From contig OZ260666.1 of the NCBI GenBank assembly GCA_965285935.1, forward strand, positions 24,304,001 to 24,368,000: 64,000 nucleotides of DNA, in the 5' to 3' direction. The notes under the pieces are model-generated. The model saw only the letters and a program-made list of their open reading frames with translations, was not told the DNA's origin and did no database searches. Source of the stretch: Ophelia neglecta. Lineage: Eukaryota. Of this stretch, positions 40,158-51,900 are shown in pieces. Positions within the stretch are counted from its first letter, which is position 1. Each line of letters starts with the position of its first letter. The position numbers were made by a program, and so were the translations under genes.

Positions 40158-41844
40158 TTAAATTGCATTAGTAAGACAGGGTGGCCCTTGATAGCGACCA
40201 TCTATGGTCTTAATGGTGTCTCCCTGGTCCCTAATTGTAATTTTTTTGCTCTTTTCTAATCATTTTTCATTATTTATTACTTGTTCTCATCACCAATTTA
40301 CTATGTATATTGTAATTATTGGGTTTTTTTGACGAGATAAACCAGGTCTGAGTCTGAATCTGAGTCTATCCACTCGGATATGCTGATGCTGACTTTCTTT
40401 TGGTTCCAAAGACACAATGCATATCCCCCGCCTATGGATTTCCCGGTCAGAGCTTTCACATTCTGGACTAGTCAATCTGATACAGTTGTTCGTACCCAGT
40501 CAGCCCTTTTTTTATTTAGTTTTATTTTAACCTTGTTCACCATTACATAGCTTTATATTGTTTTTTTGAAGATAATAATACCACTAATTGTAATACTACT
40601 AATACTACTACCATTACTATTAGATATATTGACTAGTAAGAATAGAAGAGAGAATATATAATATTACATTAACAAAGGATAACTATTTACATATTTGAGT
40701 TTATGGCCCCTGATGTAAAATAAGCATTACAAATCCCGGTTGTTTCACCATTCCAGTTGCTGTCAAATAATGCTTTAGGTTTTCTATATTCAGGTTGTTC
40801 TATGTCGTGCTAGACACGTTAAACTCAGGTCTAAGACACACCATTACTCAGCGTTTAATGAATACTAGATTTGGTATATTTGGTATTATTTGGTAAGCCG
40901 ATGTATTGTCTGTCTCAAGTAAAAATAACAATGAAACCAGCGGCCATCCTTCAAAAGTTCACAACTGTTCGATTGTACTACCCGATAATATCGTAATAAA
41001 GAAAGAGTACGAAATACATGGCTATATTTTCCATTTAATACTGGTAATAATACAGGTGTACAAGTATCATTATCATATTCGCATATTTCGGATTTGATTG
41101 AAAAGGCTATCTGTTGAAAGATCGAAGACTTCCGACTTTGAAGATATCATAGACATATTTCAATATGTTAGAGGCTTTAAGGGGAAATTACCGAGGACAG
41201 TGTACAAAGCATATAGTGTTATGACAAGGTACCATACTGAAAGTATACTCTGGCCTTTAACTATGACCAGATATTATGTATTTACCTGTACAAGAGGAAC
41301 ACATTCAAAAGCAAAAGGTGTAAAAAAACAAACTAATGTAATGATCAGTGATTATAAGGAGGCACTTAACCATGTTCAGACATTTATCATTTAGTTTTCT
41401 GTGCCATATTTCTTGCACACTGGCATGGGGTATGATGCATATTTGCAAATATTTTCGCAAGTTCGCGCCATGTTGACAGTGGAAAAACAGGTCGATATTA
41501 ATTTCCACCACACGAATATCCAACTTAACGCTTATAATTGTCGGAAAATCACATCTCTATATGCCTAGTAATTTGGAACTCTTGTTTAGGGACAACAAAT
41601 GAAAACAGGGATTTTCCGCAGATAGGTAAAAAAGATAACTTTTCATCAATGATATGCCCAAGATTTGAACGATGACTAACTTTGATGCTGCAACACTACT
41701 CGTTTTAAAGCAGGTTCATGATAATTTTACCTAAATGATGGGAAGGCTCCGCGGTGCTCAGGGGAGCTGATTTGCGTGTGAACAAGTACCAAATGTACAT
41801 GATAGTTTCCATGATTAAAACATATAATGTAGCTGATTTTATCT

Positions 41845-41960
41845 GGTAAGATTATTTCATGTGGTGGAAAATATTCTTAGAAATATCATACGAATGAAGG
41901 CGAAGCCCGAGTCAATCGTGATATATTCTAAGAATGTTTGGCACTAAGTGAAATAACTGC
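41845..41960. repeat. Short imperfect palindrome / foldback element
   Basis: Arms ttatttca..attcttagaaatatca..cga and tcgtgatatattctaagaat..tgaaataa around a ggcgaagcc loop. Confidence 0.55.
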
Positions 41961-42060
41961 CTCATATATATGATGAGTGCATTGCAGAAAAGACCGACAC
42001 TGAGTCACTCAGAAGCAGTACAACATTGTATGTGTTAACAAAAACAATGTTGGCTAAGGT

Positions 42061-42210
42061 AGATTCAGATTCAGATTCAGAGATATTTATTCGACCATAG
42101 CAAAATGAACATGTACAATGAATGATGGTAAGTGGAAATTATAATTATGGTCATGGAGACCCTCACTAAGATTTGGGTAATCGCTAGCGTGATAGCCACC
42201 ATAATATAAC
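42061..42210 (-). mobile_element. LINE 3' tail relic with (TGAATC)n
   Basis: The minus strand reads aataaatatctctgaatctgaatctgaatct, a poly(A) signal followed by a short tandem-repeat tail as in CR1/L2-type ends. Confidence 0.5.
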
Positions 42211-42458
42211 ACTGAAAGTTTCATACAGACAAAATTAAACTGCCAGTAAGTTTGGAAACAATGTGCGCCTTTATATGTGATAAATAGCAGAAGGGATATG
42301 CTCCAGCCTCGTTGTATTCTTGTGTCTCTGGATTATCAATTTTTGCACAAATTGTATATGCTCTCAGATCACTCTAAGTCACCAATCATAAAGACACTCT
42401 TAAAACGAGCAAAAAAAAAGAAGAAAAAATGAAATCAAATAAAATACAAGTGTCCTTG

Positions 42459-43055
42459 GACAAACGCTTACCAATTACCCCAGTAATACTAGAAAACCGT
42501 GTCAAAATATGCAGCAATTTTCAGTTTCCAATTATGTTAAGGTCCTGATAAAATCAATGTATCTTCTGGCTTTCCATGCATTTTAACGAATTGGAGAAAT
42601 AACTGGCACCGCACCAGGGAGCAAACTTGACCATAATGTACCATATGGTGCAGTTAAATTTTAATTTGATAAATGTCAGCCACCTTATCTACAACTTAAA
42701 CTAGAGCATTACAAGCATTCAGAGAGACCAATAACTTTACAACTAAAAACTAATAAAAACAAGAGCACGTGTCCCGTCAGGACATTGTGGGCATTAACCC
42801 AACTGAGAGGAAACATCGAAGGTCCATTCTGTTTTCCTGGTGGAATAGCCAGTAACCAGAAGGTTTTTCTCAGATTGTCTCAAAGCCTGTATTGTGAAAA
42901 TAGGATTGAATCCTGATCTGTACAAAGGTCATAGCTTTCGACTCGGCGCCGTTTCGGCCGCCGCATAATTAGGAATGTCTAATCAACAGATTCAGGCCAT
43001 GGGACGAAGGCAGTCCAACGCATATTCCAAGTAAATTCGCATTTCTACTTTATAA
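42459..43055 (+). pseudogene. Tyrosine recombinase pseudogene
   Basis: Fragments DKRLPITPVILE, MYLLAFHAF*RIGEIT, HYKHS, CPVRTL, GLNPDLYKGHSFRLGAVSAAA*, MGRRQSNAYSK*IR. Stops and frameshifts are present, and the catalytic Tyr position is a stop. Confidence 0.9.
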
Positions 43056-43179
43056 AATGGAATTTGTAGTGTTTCTTTCATGCTGAATATTGCATGTTCC
43101 TACTTTTCTGTTAAATGATCACCTAAAACGAAGTACAGTATTTAATGAAGTTACATAGCTCCTAGCAACTTTATTAGGC

Positions 43180-43465
43180 TAAGAGACGCTTAGTGCTTAA
43201 CAGGAGTGGTACATGTTAATTGGTCTCTAGCAACTATAGTAGAATTAGTCTGATTGTACTTAACAGGAGTGGTACATGTTAAAGGGCTTTTAGAAACTAT
43301 ACTAGTCTTAGTCTGATTGTACTTAACAGGAGTGGAACATGTTAATTGGCTTCTAGCAACTATACAAGTCTTAGCCTGATTGTATTTAACAGGGGTGGTA
43401 CATCTTAATTAGCCTCTAGCATAGTCATGGGTTTGATAATTTGATCATGCTTAACAGGAGCCGAA
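43180..43465 (+). repeat. 63-bp tandem repeat (~4.5 units) inside the YR element
   Basis: Core cttaacaggagtggtacatgttaa or variants at 43196, 43259, 43322, 43385, 43450. Confidence 0.85.
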
Positions 43466-44999
43466 AAACACTTAATATGGTTGGCAGGAGAATAGGTAGG
43501 GTATCATTAAAATTTATTCTCCCAGCTTAAGTACTGCTATATGTATTGGTATATTGATATATAGAAGTGGTTGCCTGGTTACAATTTAGAAGTGATTATG
43601 TCGGTATTTTAGCTAATCTTTGAGTTTTTATTGATTCATTGCAGAAACTGTTCTTTTGAAATGTGTGCACAGCCCATTTGTACAGCTGATTTGAAGTGCC
43701 TGTATTAATTTCGACAGAGTGAATGATACTCTTTAAGTATTGTCAATAATGTGAGTTTAAAATGGTTTGCATTGCCATGCATTGATTATAATAATGGGAA
43801 TATTGCAATTTTCACAAAGGCGGCTGATTTAATGAACGCTTGTGTTATTTAATACATTAATGCCATTTCAAATGGCTGCTTTATCTTTGAAGTTCTGAAT
43901 GATGAGTATGACTTCAAAAGGACCGTGTCAGTGTGTGTTCCCTCTCTCTCTCTTGGGTGGGGTCTCATCACAAGTGATTGGTGGTGGGTAGGTTCGCCCA
44001 CCTTTTTGAATTTTACAATTTGTTATATTTTCAGTATAATATTATTCAGTCAAACACACTCACGGCATTGTTTTCATTCACAAATGTTACTGCGTCGCTC
44101 GGTAACACATGGGAATAGAATTATAGGTTATTGTTTCGATAAAGTAACTTCTATCATTGTGTTAATATTTAAAATCTCTTTGAACATCGCATTGTAATTG
44201 AATTAACAGTCTCCAGTCTGTTCTGTTTATTATTTGCTATCTAGAAGACCGCATGTTATTTTGGAGCACTCTGTAGAGGTCAGCTGTAGTGAAATTTGTA
44301 ACCAGCTGTATGCCCTTATAAGGTATGTTATGATCACATGGTCATGTTCAGCCAAGTGTGCCAGACATAGTCTGGGTTGGTTCTTTCCAGCCTGACCCTC
44401 CAGAGAGAAGGTAGTACATTTTACCCACCTCCTCCCCTGCGCCACCAGTCTGTTATTTATGGAGTTTCGACATTTCTGATGACATATTATTCTAGTTTAA
44501 TATCTATTAATTTAGAAGAACATGTATGTTCAATACAGTATCTACCAATTTGCAGTATAATGGTGCACTTATTAATGGTCTTCTGTAAATGCTATTACCA
44601 ATACTCTTATGTTGTGGGTAGGATCTCTCACCTTTGTGAACTTTACATTTTGTTATATTTTCAATATAACCATATCCAACACAGTCACGGCTTTGTTTTC
44701 ATTCACAAATGTAACTGCGTCGCTCGGTAACACATGGGAATAGAAATATGTATAAAGAACAAAATATTACCTAAGTCCATCAAAACCTGGAAATATATTT
44801 GGGAAACCCTGTAATTGAGTATTGATTATTGTCGAGTTGTAATATTGAAGCTCCTAAATGGCTCAAAGTTTTTAAGCTTTTACACTGTTATCTAAGCTGC
44901 TCTTTATCGAATGTGTCTCTGTGCAATATTCATTGTGTCTGAAAACACTGTATTGTATGGTTAGGGAGTCATCATGTGAAATACCTGATAATAAAACTT

Positions 45000-45700
45000 A
45001 GTGGATGCTCATGGTACCGATTTCATAAGTGGTTCCTTGAAGGCTTCTGCCTGTGCATTGGCTGAGGTCAACGTGGTATAATACTACGGTGAATGAACCT
45101 GGATTGTTTTATGTAATGACGTAGTTCTTGAGATTGAAAGGGTGAACCATTGTCCGTTTTAAAAAGTTCTGAATACCCAAGATGGAGCACGCTGTCAAAG
45201 ATTGAATAACTACTTTTGGTAATGTATGTGTGAGAGTTTCTAAGAGACGGATATCTGGTAATATTCGTCGATGGATGCGAGAAGATAGTCACCAGTAGGT
45301 GGCGGGCCGCAGAAGTCATCACGCTCTGCCTGGCATTGGTGACATTTTCAATAACTCACTCTGTATTGGTGAGTTGACTGTCGCTTGGCGGGCGAGACAT
45401 TTTTTTTATTGCTTGGTCGGCCATATTGCCAATGCCATTCCCTGATGACCAACATGGGCGAGCAACGCAAAATACAAAATGTGATTGACAACAAAATGTC
45501 GAACTTGTTATAAGTTGTCACTATGACTTTTTATCGGCTCTATTGATGTACGTGTCAAAGTGTTCACACAGCTAGGGCTTTTCTTTCTACTTGACTGTAC
45601 CTGGATTCGACATCTGTGAACGATCTGCTCGCGTATGAGGTATTCTGTTCGCTTTGTGCTAGTATTCCGCCTCGGCCATGAGTCGCAGAGTCCACAATTA
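45000..45700 (-). mobile_element. Ty3/Gypsy pol relic: RNase H and integrase
   Basis: Minus strand encodes GILAQ..SYASRSFTDVESRYSQVERKALAV (RNase H), HVGHQGM (integrase zinc finger) and LFKTDNGSPFQSQE (integrase core), all disrupted. Confidence 0.82.
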
Positions 45701-46079
45701 TTATTTTTTTTTTTTCATTTCATACAATAGGCCAAATTACTGTTTTCTGTCATGGCTGTCTTAATCTTTTGAAATTGTGATTCTTGTTCATCTCTGCACT
45801 CAAATGTGACATCCTGTTTCGTAAGTCCCCGTAACCGTTCAGCAATATTCGAATAGTCTTAAATGAACCTTGATGAGAAGCTCTTTACAGCTGATATATT
45901 TTTCAGATACAGTAGCTCATTCATAGCACAGTGACAACAGTGTGAAGATGACGGGCTAATGTAAAGTGAACATAGAAACCAGAAATTTGAAACGAACCCC
46001 CATTTTTTAGGTTGCTAAAGGCAACTATGGGTTGCTTCTCAGGTATGATACAGCCTAAAGTCTCGGCTTAGTGAAAGGC

Positions 46080-46450
46080 ATAAACAGATATTCAGGACGA
46101 AATCAAAGACAAGTTTATATACGAAGGAATTGGCAAATTAAAAGGGATCAAACAACATATCGATAAAGCTGCCCGTCCAGTAGCCCTGAAACACACAGGA
46201 TATTCATATTTTTTTGGAAAAATATCTTATTGAACCAGTGTATGGTATACCAACGCCTTGAATATCACCAATAGTAACACAACCAAATAAAGTCCATTAG
46301 TCTGTGTGCCGGCATACGTGACCCTAACTAGACATTACTCAGAGAACGCCATAAAATGGCAAAACTAGAATAAAAGATGAGTTACTTTAACAATGCAAAG
46401 GTGTTCAGTAAACTATACTGCAATCAAGCTTTCCAGATCCCCAACAGAAC
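46080..46450 (+). mobile_element. Ty3/Gypsy pol relic: N-terminal reverse transcriptase
   Basis: Fragments EGIGKLKG, PTP*ISPIVTQP, ISLCAGIRDPN*TLLRERH, NNAKVFSKLYCNQAF resemble the Gypsy RT pattern WISPIV..RLCVD.R..N....RE.H....FSKLD. Confidence 0.75.
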
Positions 46451-48732
46451 TGCATGCCGTAAGGGTAATAAGATCATCAAACTTTCATTTGCTATGCAAG
46501 AACATATCTTGAAGATCACAGAAGACGGTAGTCGAACATGTTTCTTGAACTAGGAAACAGCCTTTAATAGTTTTAGGCTAAATAGATTGTTGTACAGACT
46601 GTATAACAGAGACGTGACAGACAAACTTTTGCTGCTCTCTAAAACCTTCATTTGCTAGGGGATGTATAGATGTTCTAAATACTAAACCTTGAAAAACCAT
46701 TTCCCGTGAACCTACTTATACCTGGTATCCACTGTGCGACTAAATTCACTGATTTTTTTATCTAAAATGGCCGCCTGTACTCCATGATCAGACATCAACT
46801 TACTCCAAATTTGCGTTATATTTTGAATAAAATTGAGTGAGAATATATACTCTTGCAAAATTCCCATACACCAGGTATATTTTCGTTATAATGCTTGAAG
46901 AATACCAGGCTTCTTATCGTTATCCTGACTATAAAATTGAACTAAGACTTCAGCGCTGTTTGTGTGAAAGCCCAGGTTATCAAAGTTCATTGTAAATTGT
47001 AGACCTTTGCGCTCAAAGTTCGCATTACCAGACATTGAGTATTTAAATGTGACCGAATTTTGGCTTAAATTATGGCCATGGCACGATTTACTTGACGTAT
47101 TAGGATTTAATGTAGGCTCCTCTAGTGCAAACTGGAAAGCTTTTAAGCTAAAGTTGTGAACTTTATCTGATATGACTAAAGTCTAATTGAGGTGTACACG
47201 CACTTATTTGCTTTAGCTGCAACTTTAGATAATTACATGGTAGCCTCCTTGTAAGGGATGCAACAAATCACAGAACATATTAGCTGTTTGCTTTGCACTA
47301 TGGTGACCCAGGACTGAGACATTTATATGTCGTGACATTAAGCTTAGTATTTTAGAGTCAGGCTTTTCCCCAACGCTTTATTTATAAACAATAAATTGTC
47401 CAATGCTATATCATGAGTCCCCTGTTGTCTAATAAGCAACCAGCTTACATATTTACCATACGAATAAATACATTTGTTCTTCAGTCGCACTACCTGTTGA
47501 GGAAGACCATTTATATTTTAGCCATATTACTTATATGTTGGATCAGAAACGAATTTACTCAAATGTATATATTAGATTTCTATGCACTACTTTTCGTACC
47601 CGGCTATGGTACCTATGTACTCTACAACCGATCACATATACTAGAGGGAGATGTATCACAACAGAATACCATCGGACCCATCATAGGTATTATATATGGG
47701 TTGTTTCAAAAATGCCGAAAAACGCTCCAGTTATTCAAAAAGGTTAAACTAATTTGATAGCATGGCTGCATAAATTTACAAAGGTTCAAATATGCACGAA
47801 TACACGCCATCACAGTTCCAATCATAGTAATACACAATATTTCATCCTTGTACTTCGTTTGAGAAATTTAAAATGCTAAGGATGAAAACATATTTACAGC
47901 ATGCTACAGTTGTACCAGCCAACTGATTTTATCTATATAATTTATGCGCGTGAGTTGAGCACGTATAAACCAGTTTCTACAAACTGGCCTAGACTAGAAC
48001 TCTAGATTAGATTTATATTGGAATTTGATCTGTATGCTTCATTGGCTTATCACAGTACCATATTTATATGTATTATTGTTAAGACTACGGCTAACGTTGA
48101 GGCCAGGCCAGGACACCTATTTGTTATATGAGTCACTGTATGTAAATAAACCTAGGATCATTGACCACAATGCAGCGCTTCACCTTCATATTTATGTTTA
48201 TATGGCTATTTAACTATTAGATTAAGAATTTATTCGCATGCAGAAATTGTCAGTCTCGACTGGTAGCTTCTTTTGAAACTTGGAGGACATTGTGACCTGA
48301 ACGATGATAACTATATAACCATTGTGCACCAGGATTTCCTACGAACATTATGGGAACACTCCCTGTATTATGAAATTTTGGAATCGCACTACAAGAGAAG
48401 CATCCTGACAAAATTGACTTCCATAAGCAAATATAAGAAACCAGTCTTCTAGACTCCCGAATATCATATTAATGTAGATTGCATTGATAGGCATTTATGC
48501 ATGGCACTATACCATTTAGTCCTCCTGAAATATACGATATAGATATTTCTATCAGTGGGTAGCCACATCAAAATCTACTCGGTATGTTCACTCAGTGACT
48601 GAATTAACTCAATTCATAGCTTAAAGCAAATCCGCTCGGAAATTGCGCATGTAATGACATTGTGTGAAATGAGGTTTGCACAACTGTATACCCATTATCC
48701 TATTGTAGCGCAACTAATGCAATACCACTGCA

Positions 48733-48740
48733 TATATAAA
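48733..48740 (+). promoter_or_regulatory. Candidate TATA box of the trefoil-SRCR gene
   Basis: tatataaa about 190 nt upstream of ATG 48932; motif match only. Confidence 0.3.
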
Positions 48741-48931
48741 TTGGACAATCACCCACATTTGATTATTGGCCAATTTGCTTGCCACATCCCGCCCAGTCAG
48801 TAATAAATCGATTTAAAAGCACTATTGGATCATACACACTCTATATCGGCAGCAAAAACAATGACACATAGTTTTCCTTTTTGTCAAGTGCTCTTCAAAG
48901 ATAGCCAGGATTTGTAAGATCAGCATTCATA

Positions 48932-51900
48932 ATGCGGATAATGCGGTTTTTCCATTCAGTCACCCTCTCTGCGTTTTTACTTACTGTGATCCAGGTGAAT
49001 GGGAGTACACTGCAGAGACCACGGGTAAGTACAATTATGTTGTATGGGCATTCCTATCCTGAGTCAAGTCAGCGACACATAATATGAAAGCTAAGGGTTT
49101 TGGTTCTAAAAATTAAGCTTCATTCTATCATACAATCCTTGTCAGTTGATTAAAAATGCAATGTGATAATCAAATATTCGATTAACCATCAAATAATTGT
49201 CAGAAAAATGAGAAACAACTTATTGCGGTGCCAACCGTCGACATTGATTGATGGAGAAAACTTTTAAGTGATAGCACATACTATTTCATTAATTGTGAGT
49301 TACAACTGCATTAACAAGAACATTATCCCGATGCCAAACCGGACATATATTGTTCGTTCTCCTAGAGCATTTTTTTTTTAAACGGTGAAAGCGCAAACCA
49401 TGCCGAATGAGAACGGGGCCTTATAATATCAACTAATATAAGCATATTGTTAACCATACACCTAAACCCTCAATTACAATATCGATTTGTGTTAAGGTTA
49501 TAAATTGATACTGTACATTTATTTGGTTATCGATGTACAATTCTAGTCATTATTGGAGATATATTTTTAATCCCCCCCCCCTCCAACCACCCCACACCCG
49601 ATCGACCACAGCAAGGAATGTGCAAGCAAGTTGAGCCAAGGACAAGGGTCTTAGCGAATGGAACAGAATGCATATTACCCTCCTGCTCTAACATCAGCAA
49701 TGGTAAACTGTCACACCCACTGGATACAACGATTTAAATGGTTTGCTATATCGTCGGTTAGTAAATGTAAATCGATTGCTGATCAACTGATTGAATTTAC
49801 GAAAGGACGATTTGGAAATGATGAAAAATGAAAAAACCCAAAATCCCTCATTCGATAATATGAGGGATGGAAAAATAAAATAGTTCACACACGAGGTATT
49901 AATAAATACTCAATGCAATAAAAGAAAAAGAAAGGACACCTTTACTATTAGCGTACTTTGACATTGCTATCATATATTGTTGCAGACACGTCAGAATGGC
50001 CAGTTAAGCGGGAATTGTTCGGGTGCCTTGGATGCAAGAAAAGCATGCGGTGAACAGACGTTGGATGAGCATGAATGTCGCGCTATGGGATGTTGTTGGG
50101 AGCCATGTGAAGCGTGCAGTGCGGCGTTACCATCGTGCTTTCTAACTTCAGGTAAAAGCTTCTATAATTTTGGCTTTTGATTAAAAGCGGAGGCGCGGAG
50201 CCTTGCGGAGGTAAATTCCCAGATTAGAACAATGCGCTAGACATATTAAACCTGCTTCTAACCCTTTCCCTAACCCTTAAATTAAACATCAGATATAACT
50301 CATGCCTTGCCGATGATTTTTTGCTTTTCTTCACTCAGAAATACCCATGACCTCCGCCTCCGCAGAGCCTCCGCGTTTAAACAATAGCCATAATTTTAAT
50401 GTTAAAACAACCCAGGATATAATTATGCCCATATGGAAAGCTAAAAACAGTGCAGTTTGAAACCGTCATGTGGTGACTTAATCTTGTTCTTGCCTATTTA
50501 AATGAAAGGGGCAGCTGGAGGCACAGCGTTTCGAAAAAAAAATTGTTGTGACATCTCTGTTCATCTCCGTATTACTGTTTGTATATGTCGCAAAAACTGT
50601 ACTTAGTTAAGGAAATTCGAAGAGTTTAGAGAGATACCCTAATATGTGTCTTAATTCGTCAAGTAACTACATAGGCATGACTACAACCATGTATCATAAA
50701 GGAAAGAAACACTCCGCCGTAAAATATTGTTTGAAAATACCAGGGGAGTCAACCGTTTAATACATTATGCTTATGTGTTTGTGTGCACGAGGGAGCCCCT
50801 GTATTTTCCAGCGCCTTTAATATCTCTGGTTTTTTATGGTATGATATTGGCCAACTTATAACATCATATTTGGTTAAGCGACAAACTAACTGTTTTTCTT
50901 TAATGAAAGTTTTCCTTGCTTTACCTCCGACAGCCACTAACATTCGGCTGGGTAATGGAACAGAACATTATGGGAGAGTAGAGGTTCTTGTCCATCAAGT
51001 ATGGGGCACTGTGTGTGACCACCAGTTTGCCTTCAATGACGCCACGGTGATATGTCGAGAGTTAGGTTTCCAGCTTGGCATTGCTATGGATAACGCATAT
51101 TTTGGACCTGGCAATGGTCCAATTTGGCTGAACAACGTGCAGTGCACTGGTCGTGAAACAAGTTTAAAGGAATGTTCTAAGACAGACGATGGAAACCAGA
51201 CCTGCAGTCACTCAGAAGACGCCGGAGTAATCTGCAGTAAGAGCTAGTACCTCAAAGGAAAATATTAGTAGATACACTATAATAGATTATCTCATTTTGA
51301 CAGCACTCGTCTCATACTACACCGAAATAATCAGGTTATATAAGTAAAGTGAGGTGTTCTTTCCTTGCAGGCAATGAGATTTACCCGTTCGGTGAGTATT
51401 TGTTTGTGGCATTAGGCCAATCGTGTACTTTAGGAATTTATTACCATTCCTGGCATACAATTTAAATCAAACGTTTTCAGTAAATTGCAGTATACATAGG
51501 AATACGTACATGAATATGGTTAAAAATTATTGACATTTTATAATGTAGGTTTTTTTTTAACAATATACACAGTTCAGATAATTTGTTAGTCGACGAGTCT
51601 AAAGAAATATTAAATATTATGTGTGTATCTAGACTCCCATAAATATATATTGATTAATGTCGAATTTGCAAAAGGTTATACAAACATTAAGTAAGAAAGA
51701 CCTTTTCGGGCATCATAGTTTTGTAAATAGAAATATAGTGAACACAATAATAAATGTGGGTAACAAATCACAATAACGAATACAAATTAACATAACAAGA
51801 ACAAATCTGAACATAAAAAGTTGAATCTTGCAAACGATGTTTTTGTTATTCGCCAGTGTACATTATTTTGTTGACAGCGACCGACATTCGTGTGGTTGGA

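Larger units (their letters stand above)
26339..40876 (+). repeat. Segmental duplication, copy 2 (may extend further left)
   Basis: Colinear near-identical match to 1-14526 with scattered substitutions and small indels, e.g. +24 nt near 30160, ~+50 nt near 34250, and a 19-nt tandem duplication near 36640. Confidence 0.97.
42450..44745 (+). mobile_element. Decayed, 5'-truncated tyrosine-recombinase retrotransposon (Ngaro/DIRS group)
   Basis: YR pseudo-ORF followed by a 63-bp repeat zone and two diverged B-type direct repeats (43984-44120 and 44614-44745, both containing cacaaatg.tactgcgtcgctcggtaacacatgggaatagaa-like sequence). Confidence 0.82.

Noticed and set aside
43470-43900. Decayed SGNH ORF in the second YR element
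   Set aside because: The position would fit, but no convincing GxS or DxxH block could be read.
45292-45305. CTCF consensus match CCAGTAGGTGGCGG
   Set aside because: It lies within decayed integrase coding sequence and is most likely coincidental.
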